Assembly: GCA_963823665.1 (NCBI GenBank)
Contig: CAWGMQ010000006.1
Location: 672,001-736,000 of the forward strand
Direction of reading: 5' to 3'
Origin: an uncultured Planctomycetota bacterium
Lineage (GTDB): Bacteria; Planctomycetota; Planctomycetia; Isosphaerales; Isosphaeraceae
Length of the DNA: 64,000 nt
This document shows, one piece after another, positions 19,808 through 30,921 of this stretch. The notes beneath the pieces are model-generated. The model was not told the DNA's origin and did not search any database. It saw nothing but the letters and a program-made list of their open reading frames with translations. The position numbers and the translations under genes were made by a program. How positions within the stretch are numbered: the stretch's first letter is position 1; the number at the start of each line of letters is the position of its first letter.

Positions 19808-20269
19808 CTATTTGACGAACCAGACGGCCGAGATCTTGCCATCTTTCACTCGATAGATGGCGACGGCGGTGAACTTTCGGCCGCCGCCGCTTACCTCCTC
19901 GTGATCAATGACGTAATCGCCCTGGACGATGCGCTTGGCGATTTTGGCCTTTCGATCGGGCTCACGCTCGAAGAGCTTGCCATAAGTCTTCCGCATGGCA
20001 TCAAGGCCCGATGACAATTCCTTGTCTGGAAAATCGTAAAGCTTGATCTCTGCGGAGTAGGTTTTCAAAAAGGCATCGACGTCGTGGCGGTTGTACGCCT
20101 CGAGTTGTTCCTGGACGATCTTCTCGGATTCCGAGACTGGGGGAGTGGCCGGGTCTTCCTTCCGGGACTGCTGGCCCGCGGCGACAAAGGCTCCGAGCAG
20201 CGCGACGAACGCCGGCGCGGATACACAGAACGCCATTCCCCTGAATGAGAGACCGGCACGTTTACGCAC
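19808..20269 (-). CDS. SnoaL/NTF2-like protein with signal peptide
   Basis: IVQEQLEAYNRHDVDAF...RIVQGDYVIDHE...AVAIYRVKDGKI; GGAG RBS before GTG. Confidence 0.88.
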   Translation of the reverse strand: MRKRAGLSFRGMAFCVSAPAFVALLGAFVAAGQQSRKEDPATPPVSESEKIVQEQLEAYNRHDVDAFLKTYSAEIKLYDFPDKELSSGLDAMRKTYGKLFEREPDRKAKIAKRIVQGDYVIDHEEVSGGGRKFTAVAIYRVKDGKISAVWFVK

Positions 20270-20325
20270 GGTTGAGCTCCTGAAGTGCAGAGACGGGATT
20301 CAAAATGAAGCTTGAGCCCGGTCGG

Positions 20326-20920
20326 TCACGTTGTGCCTGATGTTCCCTGACCGCTGCGGATGAAGTAGCGGCGCACATAGAGCAGATAGCCCAGCCACGC
20401 GGCCCCGCTCACCATGCCCATCCACGGTGCGGCGTGAGACACCGATTCGACCACGCCCGACTTCCGTATCATCTCCAACTGGTCGGCCGGCATCTGCATC
20501 TTCTCGTACATCTTCATCAGATTGGTCTCCGAAAAGGTGACAACCATATTCAAGATTCCCGCGATGAAGAGCAGCAGTGTCCCCCACCAGGCGGCCATTT
20601 GCAGCCGATACGTGCCCCAGGCACAACTGAACGGTCAAGGTCCAGGCCCAGCGCCGGGCGCGGGCCAAGCCGATCCCCAGCCAAATGAACGCCACGGCCA
20701 ACGGCAGGTAGAACACCATGACCGGGATCATCATCTGCCTATTCATCGCCTGGCCGTTCGGCGCTTGAGCCATCGGCCCCAGCAAGTAGACGGCGACCAT
20801 CAACGCGGCCATCAGCCCGCAGAGGCAACCGAGCAAGACCTGAAAGACTCCGACGAGCATCAACCTTGTGCTTCGATCGGGATACATAGGCGCAGCGGCC
20901 GGTGGTTGGGAATTGAACAC
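20326..20920 (-). pseudogene. membrane protein gene broken at ~20625 (frame change, probably an internal deletion)
   Basis: N-part VFNSQPPAAAPMYPDRSTRLMLVGVFQ...ARRWAWTLTV switches frame to CAWGTYRLQMAAWWGTLLLF...YLLYVRRYF. Confidence 0.6.
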
Positions 20921-20933
20921 GCTGGGTGCCCCC

Positions 20934-21203
20934 TTAAGGTTTCTTGCCCGAGGTGTTCGTGAGCTGTGTTTGCGTCTTGCCGTCGGTGGAAAGCAGCCAC
21001 AGGTTGGAGGAGCTTTCGTCCTTGTTGAGATCCCAGGTTGTGACATCGACCACGCACGTAAGGCCGTCGGGCGATACCGACGGTAAACCGACGCGCTTAA
21101 CCTTCCGGAGGTCCTCAGCCGTCATGGGCAGGCGCTGGGGCGAATCGCCGGCGCGGGCGGAAAGGACCATCAGGATCGCGGTAACGAAGGCGATCGATTT
21201 CAT
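20934..21203 (-). pseudogene. N-terminal fragment of an S9-family (prolyl/acylaminoacyl) peptidase
   Basis: Signal peptide plus MTAEDLRKVKRVGLPSVSPDG...SSSNLWLLSTDG...QLT, which is the start of an S9 propeller. Stops after ~90 aa with no continuation. Confidence 0.7.
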
Positions 21204-21418
21204 GTTGATGATCCTGCCTGGGGACGATGGTTCGGTCATGCGCTCCATGAGCGGCGGAAGAGATAGCAGAACCGCGGGTGTCGCGGGTTGCAAGGCAAAT
21301 CTGAGATGAGTGACGACCGTTTTTCGGCCGGGGCTTGCAATCGAAGAACGGAGGGGTTAGTCGTGGCGTTCGTCGCGGTGAAGTTCCATCAGACCAGGCG
21401 GTGCCCGGAGGCGAACGG

Positions 21419-22459
21419 ATGGCTGCGTGCGCAGCATGCGGAAAGAATATCTTGGTGGGTGCTGTCAAGGACGGGGAGACCCGGTATTGCAGCCAGACTT
21501 GCCGGGGGAATGTGTTTATCGAGCGGTTCGGTTCCGCGCTCGAGCGTGCCACCGCTCTCAACGCCGAGCCCATCCCCGCTACGCAATCTTCGTCGACGGC
21601 GAGCGAGGGCAGGGAGGCGAACGCTGATTCGGACCCGATCGCTCGCGGAGCCGGTGAGCTTGGCGTCAGCGGACTTGGGCTCGCAGTCGGAGCAACTGTT
21701 GTCGCCCTGATCTGGTTCATCCATGAGAAGGTGAATTATCCGTTCTTTGCGCAGACCGTCTGGTTCGTGATTCCGATCGGGGCGTTCTGCTGCGGAATGG
21801 CGGCTGGGTTGGGGTTCTTTCTGGGAATTCGCGTCTTCAACCGGCGCCCTTCGATTCTCACTTTCGTTGTGGCGGGGCTCAGCGGGCTCGCGGGCTATGT
21901 CCTGATTTTTGGATTGACCTGGTGGTTTGATGAAGTCGGTGGATTGAAGGTGCGCGACATGGTGCCGTTTCCGCAATTTCTGCAAGCCGTGGTGGAGAAT
22001 CAGCGTGTCCAGTTCCGGCACGGCGGCCCGATCGATCTGGGGAAGTGGGGCTACGGCCGGTTCGTGATCAACCTGGCGGGCTTTGCCTGCGGGGTAATGG
22101 CCACGGTAGCGATTGCGGCTGGCAAGGAGTACTGCACGCGGTGTGGGAGGTACCTGACGACCGTGGGCTCGCAGACGCGAACATCGTCAGACCCGGAGGC
22201 GACGGCGCAGGGGATCGCGACGTTGATCGCGAGAGTGAACGCGGGTCGCATTCAAGACGCGCTCGACTTGCACGCCGCCTGGGACTCGAGCGATCGGACC
22301 GGGTTTGTCACCACCAAGATTGCGGTCGAAACGTGCACCGGCTGCGGCATGCACCTCGGGACGCTGACCGCGGTTAGCAAAAGCGACAACAATGTCGCGC
22401 CCGTGATCTCGCTCAAACTCCAGGGACGCACGAACGAACGCGTGCTTATTCCAGGGTGA
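21419..22459 (+). CDS. hypothetical membrane protein with Cys-pair (zinc ribbon) motifs
   Basis: GGAGG RBS before ATG 21419; CAACG...YCSQTC, about four TM segments, CTRCG and CTGCG. Confidence 0.75.
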   Translation: MAACAACGKNILVGAVKDGETRYCSQTCRGNVFIERFGSALERATALNAEPIPATQSSSTASEGREANADSDPIARGAGELGVSGLGLAVGATVVALIWFIHEKVNYPFFAQTVWFVIPIGAFCCGMAAGLGFFLGIRVFNRRPSILTFVVAGLSGLAGYVLIFGLTWWFDEVGGLKVRDMVPFPQFLQAVVENQRVQFRHGGPIDLGKWGYGRFVINLAGFACGVMATVAIAAGKEYCTRCGRYLTTVGSQTRTSSDPEATAQGIATLIARVNAGRIQDALDLHAAWDSSDRTGFVTTKIAVETCTGCGMHLGTLTAVSKSDNNVAPVISLKLQGRTNERVLIPG

Positions 22460-22640
22460 GCCGTTCGAGGAGATCTGGCCCAGGCCGCGTCGTCGGGCGG
22501 GGGCTCGTCCGGTGGCCGGCAGCGGGTAAGCCTACTGACGGCCGCTGCGAAAACGTTCATTTCGTGTTGCTTTGCATGGACTTGCGGTCCGCCTGATGGC
22601 TGAACCCTGCGACCGTCAAATTGGTTTGGCGCTTCGACGG

Positions 22641-22647
22641 GTATAAT
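22641..22647 (+). promoter_or_regulatory. putative -10 element of the sdh operon
   Basis: GTATAAT in an AT-rich patch ~110 nt upstream of sdhC; no convincing -35. Confidence 0.4.
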
Positions 22648-22754
22648 TTGATAGTATTGTTGGCCCGGCGGAATTCCGGCCCGGCGACCGGCGTGCGAGT
22701 CGGTGCGCAGGCAGGGCGGTGGTGCCTGATCTTTCGAGAGGGACGCGGATAACG

Positions 22755-23528
22755 ATGGTAGAACAGCAAGTGACTGACAAACCGGTCAAAGAGCGAAAGC
22801 CGCAGGCGGCCAGGAAGCGCAGAGGTTTCTGGTCGGCGAATCCGATCGTTGTGCTCTGGGGCACGATGGTTGGCAAGAAGGTCGTGATGGCGGTGACCGG
22901 GGTGATCCTGGTCGGGTTCGTCATTGCGCACATGCTGGGCAACATCAAGATTTTCATTGGCGCGGATGTCTTCGACGCCTATGCAAAGTTCCTCCGAGAG
23001 TTCGGCGAGCCGCTCCTTCCTTATAGTGCGCTCTTGTGGACGGCGCGGGCGATTTTGCTGGCGAGCGCCGGCCTGCACATCTGGGCCGCCGTGGAGCTCA
23101 CGCTGATGAATCGCACAGCGCGGTTGACGGGATACGAAACCAAGAAGTCGGCCGCGGCTACCTTTGCTTCGCTCACGATGCGGTGGAGCGGAGTTCTTCT
23201 GGCCGTGTTCATCGTGTACCACCTGTTGCATCTGACGCTGGGTGTCGTGGGCTTCAATCGCGGCGAATTCCTGCACATGGAGGTCTACCGAAATGTGATC
23301 AACGGATTTTCCGTGTGGTATGTGTCTGTGTTTTACATCGTTTCGATGGCTGCGCTTTGCTTGCATCTGGACCACGGTGTCTGGAGTATGCTGCAAACTC
23401 TGGGCCTCAATGACGCCCGAAGCTCGAAGGTCTTGCGGATGATTTCGCGGGGAATCGCGGTCCTGGTGTTCACCGGCTTTATCTCGGTACCGGTCGCCGT
23501 GCTGGCGGGCTGGATTCGTAAGGAGTGA
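22755..23528 (+). CDS. sdhC: succinate dehydrogenase/fumarate reductase cytochrome b558 subunit
   Basis: GKKVVMAVTG...FVIAHMLGN, HLDHGVWSMLQTLG; five TM segments; first gene of the operon. Confidence 0.93.
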   Translation: MVEQQVTDKPVKERKPQAARKRRGFWSANPIVVLWGTMVGKKVVMAVTGVILVGFVIAHMLGNIKIFIGADVFDAYAKFLREFGEPLLPYSALLWTARAILLASAGLHIWAAVELTLMNRTARLTGYETKKSAAATFASLTMRWSGVLLAVFIVYHLLHLTLGVVGFNRGEFLHMEVYRNVINGFSVWYVSVFYIVSMAALCLHLDHGVWSMLQTLGLNDARSSKVLRMISRGIAVLVFTGFISVPVAVLAGWIRKE

Positions 23529-23531
23529 TCG

Positions 23532-25442
23532 ATGCTCGACGGGAAGGTCCCACCGGGACCAATCGAACAGAAGTGGGATCAGTTCCGCTTCGACATGAAG
23601 CTGGTAAGCCCGGCCAACCGGCGGAAGCACACCATCCTGGTTGTCGGCTCGGGGCTGGCCGGGGCCGCGGCTGCCGCCACGTTCGGCGAGCAGGGCTACC
23701 AGGTGCGGTGCTTTTCGTTTCATGACAGCCCGCGCCGTGCCCACTCAATCGCGGCACAGGGCGGAATCAACGCCGCCAAGAACTACCGGAACGACGGCGA
23801 CAGCGTGTTCCGGCTCTTTTACGACACGATCAAGGGGGGCGACTTTCGCGCTCGCGAGGCCAATGCCTACCGGCTGGCGCAGGTGAGCGTGAACATCATC
23901 GACCAGTGCGTTGCGCAGGGCGTGCCGTTCGCACGCGAGTACGGCGGCGTGCTGGCGACGCGCTCCTTCGGCGGCGTGCAGGTCGAGCGCACGTTTTATG
24001 CGCGCGGCCAGACGGGCCAGCAGTTGCTCTTGGGCGCCTACCAGGCGCTCGAGCGCCAGATTGCCGCGGGCAGCGTGACGATGCATTCTCACACCGAGAT
24101 GCTTGACCTGGTGGTGGCCGGGGGCAAGGCACGCGGCATCGTGACCCGCAACCTGAGAACCGGCGCGATCCGGTCGTATGCGGGCGACGCGGTCGTGCTG
24201 GCCACGGGTGGGTATGGCAACGTCTTCTACCTTTCCACCAATGCGAAGGCGTCGAACTGTACGGCGATCTGGCGGGCCTATCGCCGCGGCGCGTACCTGG
24301 CCAACCCGTGCTACACGCAGATTCACCCGACTTGCATTCCCGTAACAGGTGATCATCAGTCGAAACTGACACTCATGTCGGAATCGCTGCGCAACGACGG
24401 CCGGGTGTGGGTGCCCAAGAAGAAGGGGGATAGCCGGCGGCCCAACGACATCCCCGAGGATGAGCGAGATTATTACCTTGAGCGGCGCTATCCGAGCTTC
24501 GGCAATCTGGTGCCGCGCGACGTGGCGTCGCGGGCGGCCAAGGAGGTGTGCGACGAGGGGCGCGGGGTGGGCCCGGGCGGATATGGCGTGTATCTGGACT
24601 TCCAGGGCGCCATCGAGCGGCTGGGCCTGGACCAGATCCGTGAGAAGTATGGCAACCTGTTCGAGATCTATGAGCGGATCACGGGCGAGGATGCGTACCA
24701 CACTCCGATGCGAATCTACCCGGCCGTGCATTACACGATGGGGGGCCTCTGGGTGGATTACGAGCTGATGTCGAACATTCCGGGCCTCTTTGTCGCCGGC
24801 GAAGCCAACTTCTCGGACCAGGGAGCGAACCGACTGGGTGCCAGCGCGCTCATGCAGGGCCTGGCTGACGGTTACTTTATCTTGCCGTGCACGTTGCCCA
24901 ACTACCTGGCGAGCACGAAACTCGAGAAGCTCGATACGTCGCATTCGGCGTTTGCTCAGGTGGAGTCCGAGGTGCAAGGGCGGATCGACTCGCTGCTTGC
25001 GACCAAGGGCCGGCGAACGGTCGACAGCATCCACCGCGAGCTGGGCAAGCTGCTGTGGGATGATTGCGGCATGGCTCGCTCGGAGGCGAGCCTCAAGCAT
25101 GCGCTCGCGAAGATTCCCGAGCTTGCCCAGGAGTTCCGCACCAATCTGCGTGTGCTGGGAAGTGCGCGGGAGCTCAATCAGTCGCTCGAGAAAGCCGGCC
25201 GCCTCGCTGATTTCCTGGAGCTGGCCGAGCTGATGTGCATCGACGCCCTGCAGCGAAACGAGTCGTGCGGCGGGCACTATCGCGTGGAGAGCCAGACTCC
25301 CGAGGGCGAGGCCCGGCGCGATGACGAGAACTTCTCCTACGTCGCGGCCTGGGAGTACACGGGCGCGGGGAACGCACCGGCTCTTCACAAGGAGCCGCTG
25401 GCATTCGAATACGTTCACTTGATGCAACGGAGCTACAAGTAA
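23532..25442 (+). CDS. sdhA: succinate dehydrogenase/fumarate reductase flavoprotein subunit
   Basis: [23 protein letters not shown] (covalent FAD His), QIHPT, HYTMGG and [10 protein letters not shown]. Confidence 0.97.
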   Translation: MLDGKVPPGPIEQKWDQFRFDMKLVSPANRRKHTILVVGSGLAGAAAAATFGEQGYQVRCFSFHDSPRRAHSIAAQGGINAAKNYRNDGDSVFRLFYDTIKGGDFRAREANAYRLAQVSVNIIDQCVAQGVPFAREYGGVLATRSFGGVQVERTFYARGQTGQQLLLGAYQALERQIAAGSVTMHSHTEMLDLVVAGGKARGIVTRNLRTGAIRSYAGDAVVLATGGYGNVFYLSTNAKASNCTAIWRAYRRGAYLANPCYTQIHPTCIPVTGDHQSKLTLMSESLRNDGRVWVPKKKGDSRRPNDIPEDERDYYLERRYPSFGNLVPRDVASRAAKEVCDEGRGVGPGGYGVYLDFQGAIERLGLDQIREKYGNLFEIYERITGEDAYHTPMRIYPAVHYTMGGLWVDYELMSNIPGLFVAGEANFSDQGANRLGASALMQGLADGYFILPCTLPNYLASTKLEKLDTSHSAFAQVESEVQGRIDSLLATKGRRTVDSIHRELGKLLWDDCGMARSEASLKHALAKIPELAQEFRTNLRVLGSARELNQSLEKAGRLADFLELAELMCIDALQRNESCGGHYRVESQTPEGEARRDDENFSYVAAWEYTGAGNAPALHKEPLAFEYVHLMQRSYK

Positions 25443-25444
25443 TC

Positions 25445-26242
25445 ATGAACCTGACTCTCAAGATCTGGCGCCAGAAAGACGGGCAATCGGCGGGCAAGTT
25501 CGTCACGTACGAGGCGAAGGGCGTGACCACGGACATGTCGTTCCTCGAGATGCTCGACGTATTGAACGAAGAGCTGATCGGCCGGGGTGAAGATCCGGTG
25601 GCGTTTGACCACGATTGCCGCGAGGGAATCTGCGGGTCATGCGGTTTCCTGATCAACGGCGTCGCGCACGGCCCTCGCAAGGGCACCACTGTGTGCCAGC
25701 TTCACATGCGGTTTTTCAAGGACGGCGATTCCTTGACGCTTGAGCCGTGGCGCGCCAAGGCGTTTCCGATCATCAAGGACCTGGTGGTCGATCGCTCAGC
25801 GTTTGACCGGATCGTCCAGGCGGGTGGATATATCTCGGTTCACACCGGAGGGGCTCCGGATGCGAGCGTCGTGCTGGTGCCGAAGGAAGCGGCGGATACG
25901 GCCATGGACGCGGCGGCTTGTATTGGCTGTGCGGCCTGTGTGGCTGCGTGCCCGAATGCCTCGGCCATGCTCTTCACCGCGGCCAAGGCCACGCACCTGA
26001 ACGTGCTGCCGCAGGGCGGGCCGGAGCGGGACGAGCGCACGCTGAACATGGTGGCGGCGATGGAGCGGGAGGAATTTGGAAGCTGCACGAATCACGCGGA
26101 GTGCGAGGCGGTGTGCCCGAAGGAAATCCCGCTCGAGTTCATCGCGCGGTTGAACCGCGATCTGCTTCGGGCCGTGTTCCGGCCTCGCAGGGAGCCGCTT
26201 GCCGTCCTGGGGATGTTACAGGCTCCGGCGGATGAGGAGTAG
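25445..26242 (+). CDS. sdhB: succinate dehydrogenase/fumarate reductase iron-sulfur subunit
   Basis: [21 protein letters not shown] and [12 protein letters not shown]. Confidence 0.97.
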   Translation: MNLTLKIWRQKDGQSAGKFVTYEAKGVTTDMSFLEMLDVLNEELIGRGEDPVAFDHDCREGICGSCGFLINGVAHGPRKGTTVCQLHMRFFKDGDSLTLEPWRAKAFPIIKDLVVDRSAFDRIVQAGGYISVHTGGAPDASVVLVPKEAADTAMDAAACIGCAACVAACPNASAMLFTAAKATHLNVLPQGGPERDERTLNMVAAMEREEFGSCTNHAECEAVCPKEIPLEFIARLNRDLLRAVFRPRREPLAVLGMLQAPADEE

Positions 26243-26243
26243 C

Positions 26244-26702
26244 TTAGTCTTTCTTTGCCCACTTGATGTAGTAGAAGACGATCGGCTCGCTGCCCGTGTT
26301 GGTGATGCCGTGGGAGGCGTTAGGGGTGGTGTACATCACGGAGCCGGGGCCGACCTTGGTGGTCTTGCCGTCGCAGAAGATCTCGCCGCGTCCGCTCTCG
26401 ATGATCATGACTTCTTCTTCGACGTGCGTGTGCGGCGCATGAGGCGACTTGCCGGGCTCGAGGATGAACCGGCCGGTGGCAAATTTAGTGGAGGCCGGCG
26501 TGTCGCCTGATAGGTAGACGCCGTTCTTGCCGACGAGCTCGTCCTTGTCTTTGAAGCTCGCCATCTCGAGCTGGTCGAGGTTGATGGTGCCGGAGGCGAC
26601 TTCCTTCGCGCGTTCGAAGGCGAACGCGACCTCGCGGTATGACCAACCGGCTGCCAGGACCAGTGCCAGTGCAGCGAATCCCCAGCGCTTGAAGAATTGC
26701 AT
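26244..26702 (-). CDS. cupin domain protein (exported)
   Basis: PHAPHTHVEEE...HGITNTG cupin motifs; signal-like N-terminus; GGAG RBS. Confidence 0.9.
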   Translation of the reverse strand: MQFFKRWGFAALALVLAAGWSYREVAFAFERAKEVASGTINLDQLEMASFKDKDELVGKNGVYLSGDTPASTKFATGRFILEPGKSPHAPHTHVEEEVMIIESGRGEIFCDGKTTKVGPGSVMYTTPNASHGITNTGSEPIVFYYIKWAKKD

Positions 26703-26805
26703 CGTTTGCTCTCCTCGGATGAAGCGGTCACGATTCATGCCAGATCAGGAAGAGCGTATTATACGCGATGCGCGGGCGCGCCCCAGAAGCCAGCGGACGA
26801 GAAAC

Positions 26806-27128
26806 CTAGCGACGGTTGCGTCGCGTGAGGCCAAGCAACATGACAGCCAAACCGAGGCTCCATGCCAGGATCGCCGAAGGCTCCGCCACCGCGGCAAAGC
26901 TCAATCCGCCGAGATTCAAGAACTCGCCGCTGACAGCGTCGCCCTTGGGCTCGAGGAGAAAGGATGAGATCGGCTGAGCGGAGAACGCGGTCGAGATATT
27001 GAACGTGGGTAGTGGGCGACTGGATGGGATCAGATGGCGTCGGCCCGAAGCCCGTTGGGTAAGCCCGCGAGAATCGCGAGACCGAAGGCACGCCGCGCCA
27101 GAAGATTCGAAGTGGAAATCGGCCTCAT
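26806..27128 (-). pseudogene. miniature or collapsed PEP-CTERM-type surface protein (frame break at ~27033)
   Basis: GGAG-ATG signal peptide MRPISTSNLLARRAFGLAILAGLPNGLRADAI, then in the adjacent frame ...GGLSFAAVAEPSAILAWSLGLAVMLLGLTRRNRR-stop. Confidence 0.7.
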
Positions 27129-27321
27129 TGGTGGCTCCATCCGGCAGAGTGGTCGCTTGAAGCCGGCGTCATGCTGCGCTCGTAAGATTATCCCGGGATC
27201 GGGATTTCGTAAAGGCGAGGCGATGGCCATCGGGTATACTGGTCTGGCACACCGGGACGCGAATCCCGCACTGGGCGATGCGTCGAGAGTCCGAATCCGG
27301 ATCGATGTCCGAGGAGTTCGT

Positions 27322-28422
27322 TTGGAATCGATACGAGTACGTTTTCACGGTTCCGCGTCGTTTCAAGGCACGCTCAGACGGCGCGTTGAGCAATACTTCG
27401 AAGGCTTGAACATCACCGGTCGCGATGCTCCGCGGATGTACGCGAAGTCGGCGCTGATTCTGGGGACGGCCCTGGGATCTTACGGGCTGCTGATGTTTGC
27501 AGCGATTACCTGGTGGCAGGGTGTGATCCTGGCCATCGCACTAGCCTTCGGCATGGCCGGAATCGGGTTCAGCGTGCAGCACGACGCCAACCACGGCGGC
27601 TACTCGCGGAATCGGTGGATCAATCGCCTGATGGGACTGTCGCTGGACATGATCGGAGCCAGCTCATTCATCTGGTACTGGAAGCACAACATCTGCCACC
27701 ACACCTACACGAACGTTTCGGGCGTCGACGTCGACATCGAGATGGAGCCATTGCTACGGCTCGCCCCGAACCAGCGGTGGCGCTGGTATCACCAGTTTCA
27801 ACATTTCTACATCTGGATTCTCTATGCCCTGATGCCGGCGAACTGGCACTTCTGGGCTGACTATCGCGACCTTGCGCGAGGCAACATCAGTGGCCAGCGC
27901 TTCCCGAGGCCGACGACCCGGGTCCTGGCCGGTACGCTCGCCGGGAAGGCGTTATTTTACGGTTGGTCGCTGGTCCTGCCGCTCTGCTTGCACCCGACCT
28001 GGGCCGTTCTGGGATTCTACATGATTGTCACGTCCGTGCTGGGAATCGTGATGACCACGACATTTCAGCTTGCGCATTGCGTTGACGAGGCCGAAGTGGT
28101 GATCATCGAGGAGGGGATCGATACGCTCGCTGTCGGTTGGGCCGAGCACCAGGTTCGGTCGACTGCGAACTTCGCGCCGAGCAATGGGTTGCTGACTTGG
28201 TATCTCGGGGGCTTGAACTACCAGATCGAGCACCACCTCTTCCCGAAGGTATGCCACGTGCATTACCCGGCGCTTTCACCGATTGTAGCCGCGACGTGCG
28301 AGGAATTCGGCATTCCCTACCAGTCGCATCGGAGCCTGCTCGCGGCGGTGGCATCGCATTTCCGGTGGGTGCGGAGCCTGGGGGCCGGGTCGGTGATCGG
28401 TGGTCAAGATGTTCCGTGCTGA
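27322..28422 (+). CDS. membrane fatty-acid (acyl-CoA) desaturase
   Basis: His boxes HDANH, HNICHH and QIEHH. Start taken as TTG 27322 after GAGGAG (alternative ATG 27223). Confidence 0.93.
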   Translation: MESIRVRFHGSASFQGTLRRRVEQYFEGLNITGRDAPRMYAKSALILGTALGSYGLLMFAAITWWQGVILAIALAFGMAGIGFSVQHDANHGGYSRNRWINRLMGLSLDMIGASSFIWYWKHNICHHTYTNVSGVDVDIEMEPLLRLAPNQRWRWYHQFQHFYIWILYALMPANWHFWADYRDLARGNISGQRFPRPTTRVLAGTLAGKALFYGWSLVLPLCLHPTWAVLGFYMIVTSVLGIVMTTTFQLAHCVDEAEVVIIEEGIDTLAVGWAEHQVRSTANFAPSNGLLTWYLGGLNYQIEHHLFPKVCHVHYPALSPIVAATCEEFGIPYQSHRSLLAAVASHFRWVRSLGAGSVIGGQDVPC

Positions 28423-28454
28423 CGGATTTTGACCTCAACTGTGGAACAACCTCG

Positions 28455-29840
28455 ATGAGCCTTCCGGACAAGATCGGACGCAGCCTGTTTGTTGCTCTGG
28501 CGGTCGGGCTGGGCTGGGGAATTCGAGGGGATTTCGGCCACCTGGTCGGCGCGATGTATCCGGGGGCGGCGCTGGCACTTGGGCTGGCTTATGTGAGCGG
28601 GCAGCGGTCGCTGTTTCTGTGGATGCCGATCATCGCTGCACTCTCGGCCATGGGGATCGGCTCGGGCGGGACGATGAGCTATGCGCTCCTGCATGGGTAT
28701 GCGCAGTCGGACACGCTCATCAATTATGCTTATGGGTTCGTGACGCTATTCCTGCAAGGCTCGGCCTGGGGGACGTTTGGCGGCGCACTGATTGGACTCG
28801 TGCTCGAGCGCAAACCGATGCGCAACGGCGAGTGGCTAGGACTGATCGGCAGCACGCTTTTTGCCGGCTGGGCCGCTTCGTTTCTGGTCGTGAACGTGAT
28901 CGGGTTTCAGATTAACCCGCCCCGGAATAGCGGGTCGATCGCTTACATGGGTGCTGCGCTCGGGCAGCTCGTCTGGCTGGCGTGCAACAACAAGCCGAGC
29001 GGGTTGCGCGGAGCGGTGCTCGGGTATGTCGGGTTCGGGCTGGGGATGGCCGGAGGGCGGCTGCTCGGGAATGTTGCCAACGTCTTGCAATATCAGTACG
29101 ACTTCACGATCAACCACTGGAACGTGATGGAGACGTCGTGTGGGTTCATCGGCGGGTTCATTTACTGCTTTGGAATGGTCGACCGGCCGCATCCGGATCC
29201 GCCGGAGGGCGAGAACATCCCGCTCGCTTCGTTTTATGGGATCGTTTACGTGCTGGGAATCATTCCGCTGTGGCACCGGCTGAATCGAATCGCCGACGTC
29301 GCGAAGAAGCTGGACGAATGGGTCAAGGCTTTCAAGTCGTACGGCTATCTGGATCCGCAGAAACTCGCGAACATCACGCTCCGGCTGATCGACGGCGTTT
29401 GCCTGCTGGGCTTCGTGGGTGCGGCCGCGTGGATGGTGATCCATTTCCGGCGACGGCAAAGATGGTCGATGCTGCCTGTGCTCTGGCTATCGGGGACGAT
29501 GGTGCTTTATCAGAATCTGAACGCCTTCTATTTTTTCTATCCAACGCGGCCGCGATACATCAACATGCATCATGTGTTTTGGATCATGTTTGCGCTCTTG
29601 GTGCTGTATGCGTTCTTGGCGCGGCCGCGACCGGTGAAGGCGGCGCCTGAGGATATCGTATTCGACGAGCCTCGGTTTGCGTGGGAGCGATGGATGGCTG
29701 GCGCAGTTGCGGCGACGGCGCTGGTGATTTTCCTCGCCGGCTACGTGAACAACGATAAGACGATGAAGACGGCGAACACGCGGTGGCCGGAGTGGTCATG
29801 GTCGCAGGGGCCGTCTCCGGGGCGTGGTGCTCGGCCGTGA
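28455..29840 (+). CDS. polytopic membrane protein of unknown function
   Basis: About 12 hydrophobic segments; N-terminal GLGWGIRGDFGHLVGAMYPG. Confidence 0.8.
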   Translation: MSLPDKIGRSLFVALAVGLGWGIRGDFGHLVGAMYPGAALALGLAYVSGQRSLFLWMPIIAALSAMGIGSGGTMSYALLHGYAQSDTLINYAYGFVTLFLQGSAWGTFGGALIGLVLERKPMRNGEWLGLIGSTLFAGWAASFLVVNVIGFQINPPRNSGSIAYMGAALGQLVWLACNNKPSGLRGAVLGYVGFGLGMAGGRLLGNVANVLQYQYDFTINHWNVMETSCGFIGGFIYCFGMVDRPHPDPPEGENIPLASFYGIVYVLGIIPLWHRLNRIADVAKKLDEWVKAFKSYGYLDPQKLANITLRLIDGVCLLGFVGAAAWMVIHFRRRQRWSMLPVLWLSGTMVLYQNLNAFYFFYPTRPRYINMHHVFWIMFALLVLYAFLARPRPVKAAPEDIVFDEPRFAWERWMAGAVAATALVIFLAGYVNNDKTMKTANTRWPEWSWSQGPSPGRGARP

Positions 29841-29962
29841 TGTGGCCGCGGAAAAGCGGAACATGACGCAGTGTGCGACCGGCGCTCTCGACGTTAACAT
29901 GGTTGTGAGCGATGATTGATCACCAGCGTCCGGTCCTTGAACTCGGTTGGGGAGGCTTCATC

Positions 29963-30921
29963 ATGAAGAATCGACGATTGGGTCTCTTATGCCTGAGCGG
30001 ATTGCTCGTCCTGAGCGCTTCAGCGGCGACCATCTGCGGCGCGAAGGCGCGGCGAAGGGCGCCGAACCGAAGGCAAAGGCCAAAGTGGTCAAGATCGGTG
30101 CGGTCGCCTACTCGCCCAGCGCGGTGACGATCTTCGAGGGGGTCTGTCGCTACTTGAGTCGCAACGGGCTGACTGCCGATTATGTGCTCTACTCGAATTA
30201 CGACTCATTGGTGGACGCCTTGCAGAAGCGGCAAATCGATATCGCGTGGAACACTCCGCTGGCGCATGCCCAGTATCACCTGAAGGCCGGCGGCAAGAGC
30301 CAGACGTTGGTCATGCGCGACGTCGATTGCAATGTTCGCGTGGTGCTGATCGCCCGTGCCGACGCCAACATCCGCTCACTCGCTGACTTGAAGGACAAGA
30401 CACTCGTACTAGGCAGCCGCCAAGCCGCTGAGGCCACCGTTCTGCCTCGCCACTTCCTGGAGAAAGAGGGACTGAGCCTGAGCCGGGTCAAGATTCACAG
30501 CCTCGATGGTAAGGTCGACTTCCGGGGCAATCCGTGTTCCAGCGAGGTTCACGTCTTGAAGGCCCTGGGCGAGGGTGCCGGACAGGCTGGTATCATCGGC
30601 GAGCGCCTTTGGAATCACGTTTCGAAGAATCAGCCCGATCAGGCCAGCGGTTTGCACCGGGTCTGGGTATCGCCGCCGTTCAGCCATTGCGTCTTCACAG
30701 CAGGTGCCGATTTCGACAAGTCGCTGGCGAGCCAGTTCACCAAGCTCATGCTCGCGATGGATTCGAACGATCCAGCGACGGCAGAGGCGATGCGGTTGGA
30801 AGGGACCAAGAAGTGGGTAGCAGGCAGTCCGGACGGGTTCCAGGAATTGCTGAAAGCCCTGGATGAAGAATCCTGCTGCGAAGCGGAAACCGCCGAAGGC
30901 AGTCCGTGTAAAGCCTCATAG
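29963..30921 (+). CDS. PhnD/phosphate-phosphonate-type substrate-binding protein (1-nt frameshift at ~30040)
   Basis: Signal peptide MKNRRLGLLCLSGLLVLSASA after GGAGG is in a different frame from the body IGAVAYSP...IDIAWNTPLA...FSHCVFT. Confidence 0.82.

Noticed and set aside
22557..25427. Long minus-strand ORFs of 395 and 560 aa
   Set aside because: Antisense shadows of sdhC and sdhA in high-GC DNA.
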